Assembly (NCBI GenBank): GCA_037138355.1
Contig: JBAXIL010000043.1
Location: forward strand, 1 to 12,049
Origin: a bacterium
GTDB lineage: Bacteria; Oederibacteriota; PGYV01; Palsa-1178
DNA: 12,049 nt
Direction of reading: 5' to 3'
Part shown: piece by piece, positions 1-7,220 of the stretch
Position numbering within the stretch: position 1 is the first letter of the stretch
Layout of the letters: every line of letters begins with the position of its first letter
Made by a program: the position numbers and the translations under genes
Notes under the pieces: generated by a model
Seen by the model: only the letters and a program-made list of their open reading frames with translations
Database searches by the model: none
What the model was told of the DNA's origin: nothing

Positions 1-108
1 CACAATTTTTGTTCCATACTCCATCATTTTCTTTGCATGAAAACTTCCATCTCTACCTGTTATCCCCTGTACTATAACTTTTGTTGACTCATTTATTATT
101 ATGCTCAT
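1..108 (-). CDS. sucD: Succinyl-CoA synthetase alpha subunit, 5' part (runs off the left edge)
   Basis: Not in the ORF track. Manual translation from the ATG at 108-106 gives [36 protein letters not shown], the typical SucD N-terminus ([11 protein letters not shown]...M..YGT). The ATG directly follows the sucC stop (TAA-ATG). Confidence 0.93.
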   Translation of the reverse strand, partial: MSIIINESTKVIVQGITGRDGSFHAKKMMEYGTKIV

Positions 109-1239
109 TTATGCCACCAACCCTACCGCTTTTTTAGCTGCCCCAATCATTGTCTCTTCAAAAAGCAGCCCAGAACCTTTCAGTATTTCTCTTCCTTCTT
201 CCGCATTTGTCCCCGTGAGTCTGACAACTATAGGAATTGTAACATTTAGCTCTGCTATGGCAGCTACCAAACCTCTTGCCACATCATCACATCTTGTAAT
301 GCCACCAAAGATATTAAAAAATGCCACTTTAACATTTTTATCGCGCAAAAGTAAGTTCATAGCATACTTTACTTTTTCCGAGTTTGAACTTCCCCCTATA
401 TCTAAAAAGTTAGCCGGCTCTCCACCATAGAGCTTAATTATGTCCATTGTTGCCATTGACAAGCCAGCACCATTTACTATACATGCTATATTGCCTTCCA
501 TTTTTATGTAAGACAAACCCTTTAATTTTGCCTGATACTCAAGCTGATTTTCAACTTCGTCTTTTACCATAGAATATATTTCTGGTTGCCTGTATATAGC
601 ATTATCGTCTATATCCATTTTTGCATCCGCTGCTATCACTGTATTTCTTTTTGTAATAACAAGAGGGTTTATTTCCACAAGATTGGCATCAGTTTCAAGG
701 AATATTTTGTAAAGACTTTTTATTATTTTCGAAGCTTCCGCGCATGCTTCTTTTTCAAGTCCTGCCTGTTTGAGAAATGCTCTTAAATGAAAATCTTTCA
801 GTCCAGTAAATGAATCTATGTATGATTTATTAATTGCCTCAGGCGATTTTTTTGCCACATCTTCTATGTCTATTCCGCCCATAGTGCTTGATATAAAAAC
901 AGCCATGTGTTTTGCTCTATCAATAGCAAAACTTATGTAATATTCCTTATCTATATCTATTGCTTTTTCCACAAGTACCTTTTCGACTTTGAGCCCCTTC
1001 AAATCCATTCCAATTATAGAACCTGCTATATTCTTTGTCTCTTCTGCCCCAAGTGCCAGTTTTACACCGCCAGCTTTCCCTCTTCCGCCCATATGTACCT
1101 GTGCTTTAATAACCACTTTACCTTCAAATTTAGAAGCTATTTTTACTGCCTCTGCTACCGTGCCCGCCATTTCTCCATCCGGTACTGGTATCCCATACTT
1201 TTTAAAAACAGCTTTTGCCTGATATTCATAAAGTTTCAT
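109..1239 (-). CDS. sucC: Succinyl-CoA synthetase (NDP-forming) beta subunit
   Basis: 376 aa with MKLYEYQAK, KAQVHMGGRGKAGGV (ATP-grasp), EINPL, DAK, NGAGLSMATMD, PANFLDIGG, NIFGGITRCD and VVRLTGTN motifs. Followed by sucD; ATGA overlap with the gamma subunit gene. Confidence 0.95.
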   Translation of the reverse strand: MKLYEYQAKAVFKKYGIPVPDGEMAGTVAEAVKIASKFEGKVVIKAQVHMGGRGKAGGVKLALGAEETKNIAGSIIGMDLKGLKVEKVLVEKAIDIDKEYYISFAIDRAKHMAVFISSTMGGIDIEDVAKKSPEAINKSYIDSFTGLKDFHLRAFLKQAGLEKEACAEASKIIKSLYKIFLETDANLVEINPLVITKRNTVIAADAKMDIDDNAIYRQPEIYSMVKDEVENQLEYQAKLKGLSYIKMEGNIACIVNGAGLSMATMDIIKLYGGEPANFLDIGGSSNSEKVKYAMNLLLRDKNVKVAFFNIFGGITRCDDVARGLVAAIAELNVTIPIVVRLTGTNAEEGREILKGSGLLFEETMIGAAKKAVGLVA

Positions 1240-1805
1240 CTGCCCATCTCCATCGGTACTTTTTCTTTTATTTCAAGTGCAGCTTTATAACCTTCTTCAA
1301 GTGCTCTTAAATTAAGGTCTTCAGTCCCACCAGGTGCTCTTTTTAAAACAGTTTTTTCCATAGCACCTAAAGATACAATTCCTGTGAGTGCTACTATGGC
1401 TCCTAAAGACACAACATTTGCAAATATTTTTTTACCAGCTTTTTCAATAGCTATTCTTGTAAGATCCATAGAATATACTGGACCATTTCTTGGTTTTATT
1501 TTGGTAACAAAAAACGAATCTATCAATAATATGCCTTCTTCTTTTAAACCAGAAATATACTTTTCATATGATTCCTGCGTCATAGAAAGCATGAAATCTG
1601 CTTTCACTACTTTTGGAAAATCAATTGGCAAATCACTAATAATTACTTCTGATCTACTTGCGCCTCCACGAGCTTCCGGTCCATAAGACTGCGACTGAAC
1701 CGATTCCTTACCATCATATATTGAAGCTGCTTCTCCGAGCATAATACCTGCAAGTATTAAACCCTGTCCGCCTGAACCGCTTAACCTTAGCTCATACTTT
1801 TGCAA
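1236..1805 (-). CDS. korC: 2-oxoacid:ferredoxin oxidoreductase gamma subunit (probably 2-oxoglutarate-specific)
   Basis: 189 aa with LSGSGGQG and QSYGPEARGGASRSEV motifs. TTG start preceded by an AGGTGA Shine-Dalgarno-like sequence; overlaps the beta gene by 19 nt. Confidence 0.92.
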   Translation of the reverse strand: MQKYELRLSGSGGQGLILAGIMLGEAASIYDGKESVQSQSYGPEARGGASRSEVIISDLPIDFPKVVKADFMLSMTQESYEKYISGLKEEGILLIDSFFVTKIKPRNGPVYSMDLTRIAIEKAGKKIFANVVSLGAIVALTGIVSLGAMEKTVLKRAPGGTEDLNLRALEEGYKAALEIKEKVPMEMGR

Positions 1806-2632
1806 AAGTTTTCACCTGCCTTTACTTTTAATCTTTCTATTAGCTTGGTATATTCAGCTGTGAGTTCCGGCTTTTCCTTATTTACAAACTCACCTATAAC
1901 AAATTTCCCAGCAAGTTCATCTTCTGTCATGGTTTCTGCCTGTTTTTTATTCACTGAGCTGTCTCTAATCCACTTCAACATATCTGCTCCAGCCGGCATT
2001 TTATTTTTTCTTCCAAAATAAGTTGGACACTGTGCGATACAATCAATAAATGAAAAACCTTTTTTCTGAAGCGCATTTTTTATCAAAAGTGGAATCATTT
2101 TCGCGTGGAAAGTTGTAGTTCTGGCAACATAAGTTGCCCCAGCAGCTTCAACCAATTTACATAAGTCAAAAGGACTTTCCATGAACCCATACATAGAGGT
2201 CGCTGTGAGCGAACCTGTTGGAGTAGTTGGAGAATACTGTCCATTAGTCATTCCATAAGTTGAATTGTTATAACAAACAACGGTAATATCTATATTGCGC
2301 CTTGCCGCATGAATCAAATGATTTCCGCCTATTGCGGAGCAATCTCCATCTCCAGTTAACACTACCACATTAAGTTCAGGTCTTGCCTGCTTTATACCAG
2401 TCGCAAAAGATATAGCCCTTCCATGTGTCGTGTGTATGGTATCAAAATCAAGATATAAAGCTGAACGAGAGGAGCAGCCAATACCAGAAACAATAACTGT
2501 TTTTTCCCTGTCAAGCCCTGAGTTTTTAAATGCCTCGATAAATCCGTTTAATACTATTCCGTTTCCACAACCTGGACACCATATTGTTGGCATTTTATCC
2601 ATTCTGTAATAATCTTCATACATTCTGTTCAT
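1787..2632 (-). CDS. korB: 2-oxoacid:ferredoxin oxidoreductase beta subunit (TPP-binding)
   Basis: 281 aa with WCPGCG, SGIGCS, HTTHGRA, the GDGD...NN TPP-binding motif, GQYSPT and CPT. ATGA overlap with the alpha gene. Confidence 0.94.
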   Translation of the reverse strand: MNRMYEDYYRMDKMPTIWCPGCGNGIVLNGFIEAFKNSGLDREKTVIVSGIGCSSRSALYLDFDTIHTTHGRAISFATGIKQARPELNVVVLTGDGDCSAIGGNHLIHAARRNIDITVVCYNNSTYGMTNGQYSPTTPTGSLTATSMYGFMESPFDLCKLVEAAGATYVARTTTFHAKMIPLLIKNALQKKGFSFIDCIAQCPTYFGRKNKMPAGADMLKWIRDSSVNKKQAETMTEDELAGKFVIGEFVNKEKPELTAEYTKLIERLKVKAGENFCKSMS

Positions 2633-3756
2633 TTGTTTGCCTCCTGTATACTTTTGAATATTAATTCTGGCTTGATCAATTCTCCATTTGCCTGAAATAC
2701 AGTTAATAATTTTGATTTACCTTTCATACAGCGCTCCACTTCATACACCATTTGTCCCATGTTCATTTCTGCAACCACAAATGCTTTTACCTTATCAGCA
2801 TATTGCGAAATAATTGCTTCAGGAAATGGCCAAAGTGTTTCAGGAACTATGAGCCCTGCTTTAATTCCATTTGCGCGCGCCTCAAGTATGGCAGCCATAG
2901 CCGACCGTGCAGTCGAACCATACGCAAACACCGCCACTTCAGCATCATCCATATTATAAGTTTTCACACTTACAATTTTTCCTAAGTTTGTTTCAATTTT
3001 ATCCCGTAATCTATTTTGTAATTTTTGTGTCTTTCCTGGATCGCTTGTAGGAAACCCATCAGTATCATGCATTAAACCCGTAGTGTTAAATCTGTAGCCA
3101 TCTCCAAATTTTGCCATAGGTGGAACTAAACCTTCGCTATCATCATAAGGTTTAAATTCACCTGGTTTTTTTGTTGTATAATTTCTCTGCACAGGTTTTA
3201 CATCATCGCGTATTTCTATTCTTTCCCTCATATGTGCTATGACCTCGTCTGCCAAAAGTATTACAGGTACTCTAAACTCCTCAGACAATTCAAAAGCCCT
3301 TATAGTCAGTTCATACATAGCTTTTACTGAATCAGGACACAACACTATGATAGGATGGTCCCCATGAGTTCCCCATTTTGCCTGCATTACATCTTGCTGT
3401 GCAGGTGATGTTGGAAGTCCTGTTGAAGGTCCGCTTCTCATTACATTTACAACCACACACGGAGCTTCTACAAATGACGCATATCCAAGATTTTCTTGTT
3501 TTAAAGAAAACCCTGGTCCGCTTGTTGCGGTCATGGAAGTAACTCCTGCAAAAGATGCACCAATAATTGCACCCATGCTTGCTATCTCATCTTCCATTTG
3601 TATAAATCTGCCTCCAATTTTAGGCAGTTTTTCAGCACACAATTCAGCTATCTCTGTTGAAGGTGTTATAGGATATCCTGCATAAAATTTAAGACCAGCT
3701 GCTATTGCACCCTCTACACACGCAGCGTTTCCCTGCATAAATTTATTTTTGCCCAT
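2629..3756 (-). CDS. korA: 2-oxoacid:ferredoxin oxidoreductase alpha subunit
   Basis: YAGYPITPSTE, QMEDE, TATSGPGFSL, RSGPSTGLPT and EMNMGQ motifs. The ORF track starts at TTG 3777; the ATG at 3756 (MGKNKFMQGN) with AGGAAG 6 nt upstream is the more likely start. Confidence 0.94.
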   Translation of the reverse strand: MGKNKFMQGNAACVEGAIAAGLKFYAGYPITPSTEIAELCAEKLPKIGGRFIQMEDEIASMGAIIGASFAGVTSMTATSGPGFSLKQENLGYASFVEAPCVVVNVMRSGPSTGLPTSPAQQDVMQAKWGTHGDHPIIVLCPDSVKAMYELTIRAFELSEEFRVPVILLADEVIAHMRERIEIRDDVKPVQRNYTTKKPGEFKPYDDSEGLVPPMAKFGDGYRFNTTGLMHDTDGFPTSDPGKTQKLQNRLRDKIETNLGKIVSVKTYNMDDAEVAVFAYGSTARSAMAAILEARANGIKAGLIVPETLWPFPEAIISQYADKVKAFVVAEMNMGQMVYEVERCMKGKSKLLTVFQANGELIKPELIFKSIQEANK

Positions 3757-4012
3757 CTTCATCTTCCTTTTTTTCAAGTTTTACTGACGGTTCTTTTATC
3801 ACTTCTATAGATAGGTCCGGACACCTGTCAACACAAAGATTACAAGCAGTACAGGCATCAAGATTTACAACTATAGGATATCCTAATTCGTCAGTTCCGA
3901 GAGTTTTAGCCGGACAAAAAGCTACACATATGCCACAGGCCTTGCAGGATTTTCTGTAAATGATTACTTCTTTTGCTTTCCGTTTCTTTAATATTTCAGG
4001 CATTTTATTCAC
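3743..4012 (-). CDS. korD: 2x[4Fe-4S] ferredoxin-type delta subunit of the 2-oxoacid:ferredoxin oxidoreductase
   Basis: Two ferredoxin motifs, CKACGICVAFCP and CTACNLCVDRCP; directly upstream of and overlapping the alpha gene. Start is either GTG 4012 or ATG 4003. Confidence 0.9.
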   Translation of the reverse strand: MNKMPEILKKRKAKEVIIYRKSCKACGICVAFCPAKTLGTDELGYPIVVNLDACTACNLCVDRCPDLSIEVIKEPSVKLEKKEDEDGQK

Positions 4013-4030
4013 AACTTTCTATAGTTTTTT

Positions 4031-5287
4031 TTATCTTTTTTCTATAGGTACATACTCCGCAAGCATAGGTCCTGTGTAAACTGCCCTCGGCCTAAAAAGT
4101 CTGTTATCTTTTAAATACTCTATTACTCTTCCACCCCAGCCTGATATTCTGGCTACTGCAAAAATAACAGAGAACATTTGTACTTCTATACCCATGGCTT
4201 TGTAAACCAACCCTGAATAAAAATCTACATTTGGAAATATTTTTTTATCTTTCCCTAAATCTTCACACACAAGCACATTTAATTTATTTGCAATTTTATA
4301 AAGTTTGCTGATTTCATCATCTGCAGTAAAAACTTCCACAAGTGGTTCAAGTATTCTGGCTCTTGGATCATAAGATTTATAAACCCTGTGACCAAAACCC
4401 ATAACTTTTCTTTTTTCTTCACGAGCTTTTTTATACCAATCTTCTACATTTTCTAAAGTTCCTATTTCTTCCAGTTGGTATAATACCTGCTCATTTGCAC
4501 CACCATGTAGAGGACCTTTAAGAGTTCCAATACCTGCCACTATGGAGCTATACATATCCGAGCGTGTTGAATTACAAACCATAGCAGCAAAAGTTGATGC
4601 ATTCATACCATGATCAGCATGCAATACAAGGCAGATGTCCATAACGCGTGCAGCATTTTTATCTGGAGTTTTTCCGTTTAACATATATAGAAAGTTTGCA
4701 GCATGACTTAAGGATGAGTCTGGTTCTATTGGTTCCTCGCCTGCTCTTATTCTTGCTACAGCAGCAGCAACTGTTGCCATTTGTGCAATTAACTTAATTG
4801 CAACTTCAGTTTCAGCTTCTACTGTTAAAGTTTCTGTTGTCTTGTCAAATGTTGAGAGTAATGAAACGCCTATGGAAAGTGATATCATTGGATGTGTGTC
4901 AAGAATTGGATATTGCTTCATAATTTCAATTATTTTTGGATTGATACTTCTGTTTGCAGCAAGCTTCTGTGAAAAGTCCTCAAGTTGCGAGATTGTTGGC
5001 ATTGCCCCAAATAAAAGAGCATAAGATGTTTCTTCAAAAGTTGAATTTATAGAGAGATTGAAAATATCAATGCCACGATAATTAAGCCAGCCTTTTGCAC
5101 CGTTAACATAACCGACTTTTGTTTCATTAGTTACTGCGTTTTCCAAACCCCTTCCGATTTCTGCACTGACTGGCCATTTTACTTCACCTGTTAATTTTGG
5201 TTCTGGTTCATTTGCAGTTTCTTCAAAAGCCTTTTTCTTTGCGATTTCCAGGATTTCGTCAATGCGAGTTCCGACTACAACACTCAT
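4031..5287 (-). CDS. gltA: Si-citrate synthase family protein (2-methylcitrate synthase activity not excluded)
   Basis: 418 aa with GLE...YRG, HPM, HADHGMNASTF, GPLHGGANE, GFGHRVYKSYDPRA, FPNVDFYSG and the C-terminal RLFRPRAVY; catalytic His/His/Asp present. GGAGG RBS at 5294-5298. Confidence 0.95.
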   Translation of the reverse strand: MSVVVGTRIDEILEIAKKKAFEETANEPEPKLTGEVKWPVSAEIGRGLENAVTNETKVGYVNGAKGWLNYRGIDIFNLSINSTFEETSYALLFGAMPTISQLEDFSQKLAANRSINPKIIEIMKQYPILDTHPMISLSIGVSLLSTFDKTTETLTVEAETEVAIKLIAQMATVAAAVARIRAGEEPIEPDSSLSHAANFLYMLNGKTPDKNAARVMDICLVLHADHGMNASTFAAMVCNSTRSDMYSSIVAGIGTLKGPLHGGANEQVLYQLEEIGTLENVEDWYKKAREEKRKVMGFGHRVYKSYDPRARILEPLVEVFTADDEISKLYKIANKLNVLVCEDLGKDKKIFPNVDFYSGLVYKAMGIEVQMFSVIFAVARISGWGGRVIEYLKDNRLFRPRAVYTGPMLAEYVPIEKR

Positions 5288-5347
5288 TTCATACCTCCCG
5301 TTTTTTTAAAATCTCTTTTTATTTTTTAATACTATCGTTTTAGTGGT

Positions 5348-5375
5348 ATTATAGCAGAAGAACGCTTCTTGTCAA
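5348..5375 (-). promoter_or_regulatory. Sigma70-type promoter of the gltA-korDABC-sucCD operon
   Basis: Minus strand reads TTGACA (5375-5370), 16-nt spacer, TATAAT (5353-5348), with an extended -10 (TGc-TATAAT); about 60 nt upstream of the gltA start. Confidence 0.8.
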
Positions 5376-5529
5376 GTTTTATTGATTAATGAAACGGTGT
5401 TTTAAACGCAAAAGAGTGTTTGGCTTTGATAGGTAGTTTAAATACGATTAATAGGACAACTAGAACCTACTTCTATTGATACAATATATATGCTGTTTTA
5501 TCTTCCTTTTACAAAAAATACTACAACAA

Positions 5530-6621
5530 TTAAATCAAATCAAGCATCCTGTCAACATCAACATAGCCAGAGACTATATTAACTATTTTATCAATCTTTT
5601 TAGTATCTTTCGGTCTTACTTTCACCAGTAAATCATGCAAGCAAGAAGCAGTTGTATAAATATCTTTTTTTACAAGAAGAGTTGGTATCTGACTCTTTTC
5701 AATCAATTTCATTATTGAAGGATGTGGTGCAGTACCACCTGTTAAAATCATTCCTGCAATTTCACCTTTTTGTTCGCCCAAAGTATAAGAACTCATAAGA
5801 GCCAAAATAATATCATCTCTGGAGCCAGGTGTAATGATGAGTACTCTTTCGCCAAAATAATCTAAAGCTTCATGCGCAGGCATTGCACCTACTACAATAT
5901 TTTTAATTAGCAGATCTAACTTATCTTTACCAGCAAGTAGTTCTCCATCTATAGAATCTATTATCAGCTCCATAGTCAAAAAAGACAAAAGAGGGACAAA
6001 TGGAATCACACCTAAAGTTTCAATGCCCTTTCTCGTGAGCCCTTTTCTAACCGTATTGTTAATCCTGTCAAATTTATCCATCTCTATTTTATTAACTACT
6101 GCCCCTATTGTCTTTACTCCCTGCACATCAAAAAATGTTTTGTTAAGCATTATTTCATCTATTGGTCCGCCTACTCCTCCAGCAGATACAAGAAGTGCTT
6201 TTACATCAAGTATCTTTGCCACATCTGCATTGGACAAATCAAACACTGAACCTACTCCACTATGTCCAGTACCTTCTACTACCACAATATCTTTTCCTTT
6301 TGAAACTACTTCAAATGATTTTTGTATCTGGTCCACAAGCTGCTGTCTGTTCTGAATTTTTCCTTCTATATAATTAGTTGTAAAACCCTGATTTATAGCA
6401 ATAGGACTCATATCTTTAATCGGACAATCACTCCCGTAAATATTTTCTACTAACACCACATCTTCATCTATCATTTCGCCATTTAGTTCAACATACCGCT
6501 GGCCTATGGGTTTTATAAATCCAACATTCAAAAGGCGTTTTTTGAAAGCACTAATCAAACCGAGAGAGAGCGTTGTCTTTCCGCGATTTTGCCTTGTAGC
6601 ACCTACAAATATTTTTTTCAT
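5530..6621 (-). CDS. BioD-like P-loop (AAA_26) + DRTGG domain protein, similar to the N-terminal region of long phosphotransacetylases, lacking the catalytic PTA domain
   Basis: 363 aa with P-loop GATRQNRGKTT, GFIKPIG, VVVEGTGH, LSNADVA and GAVVNK. C-terminal DRTGG-type VVGAM...LIITPGSRDD...GMILTGG. AGGTGG RBS. Confidence 0.85.
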   Translation of the reverse strand: MKKIFVGATRQNRGKTTLSLGLISAFKKRLLNVGFIKPIGQRYVELNGEMIDEDVVLVENIYGSDCPIKDMSPIAINQGFTTNYIEGKIQNRQQLVDQIQKSFEVVSKGKDIVVVEGTGHSGVGSVFDLSNADVAKILDVKALLVSAGGVGGPIDEIMLNKTFFDVQGVKTIGAVVNKIEMDKFDRINNTVRKGLTRKGIETLGVIPFVPLLSFLTMELIIDSIDGELLAGKDKLDLLIKNIVVGAMPAHEALDYFGERVLIITPGSRDDIILALMSSYTLGEQKGEIAGMILTGGTAPHPSIMKLIEKSQIPTLLVKKDIYTTASCLHDLLVKVRPKDTKKIDKIVNIVSGYVDVDRMLDLI

Positions 6622-6653
6622 TTAATTTCCACCTTTTAATGCTATTTTTTTTA

Positions 6654-7181
6654 CTAAAAAATCTCAAGCCCGTCTATACATAATTCCACTGACTCGTGTG
6701 GTTGACCTAAGGTACAAAACTGTATTTCTTTTATTTGGGAGAGTGCGTTTTTAACATCTACTTTACTTCCCCAGCCAGGTTGTTGGTAGAGGTTTGTAAA
6801 ATGAATTTCGTTTTGTCCCCATTCTATATCTGTGTGAAAATCATTACCAAAATGATTGTCTCCGTCCTTATTAATAAAATCGGGATGTGTGGAGGTGAGC
6901 TTAACTCTGTACTTTTTACCATCGCCTTTATGCCAAAACCTGATGCCTAATTTATCGCGAAGGTCAAAAGGTTTTTTGACATTTGCAGGACTTAAATAAT
7001 AACCCATACCGATAAATCCATTTGCAAACTTTGTAGTTACTTTTCCTTTCATACAGGAACATTCCCCATCGCCTTTGAATCCAAATTTTGCTTTAGTAAA
7101 TGGTTTGTCTGGTGCTGGGATAACTACAGAAGAACCACCTGGATCTGCATCATTGTAAGTGTACCAAAATCCATTTTCCAT
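6654..7181 (-). CDS. Standalone CIA30/CBM11-like (galactose-binding-like fold) protein
   Basis: 175 aa with WYTYND..GG.S, GFIGMG, DL....GIRFW.KGDG..Y, W....I.F..L.Q..WG and a terminal IDGLEIF, the pattern of CIA30/CBM11 modules. GAGGTG RBS; an in-frame stop just upstream fixes the start; no signal peptide visible. Confidence 0.72.
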   Translation of the reverse strand: MENGFWYTYNDADPGGSSVVIPAPDKPFTKAKFGFKGDGECSCMKGKVTTKFANGFIGMGYYLSPANVKKPFDLRDKLGIRFWHKGDGKKYRVKLTSTHPDFINKDGDNHFGNDFHTDIEWGQNEIHFTNLYQQPGWGSKVDVKNALSQIKEIQFCTLGQPHESVELCIDGLEIF

Positions 7182-7220
7182 AACTTTTCACCTCGTATGT
7201 TTTTTATTACAAGTAATACT

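Noticed and set aside
1..1239. sucC/sucD as ATP-citrate lyase or citryl-CoA synthetase subunits
   Set aside because: Length and motifs (NGAGLSMATMD, NIFGGITRCD, VQGITG..G.FH) fit ordinary succinyl-CoA synthetase; a phylogeny would settle it.
3757..3777. TTG start for korA as given in the ORF track
   Set aside because: The ATG at 3756 has a better placed SD-like sequence and gives a typical KorA N-terminus.
5288..5529. Riboswitch, ncRNA or terminator in the 242-nt intergenic region
   Set aside because: No stable GC-rich stem or recognisable RNA motif; only the promoter and short dyads are supported.
5530..6621. Calling this gene pta, bioD or cobQ
   Set aside because: It has no PTA catalytic or glutaminase domain, and the added DRTGG region argues against a true dethiobiotin synthetase.
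7205..7218. TATTAC-AA-GTAATA dyad between the large gene and the CBM11-like gene as a terminator
   Set aside because: Weak AT-rich stem with a 2-nt loop, followed by an A-run rather than a U-run on the coding strand.
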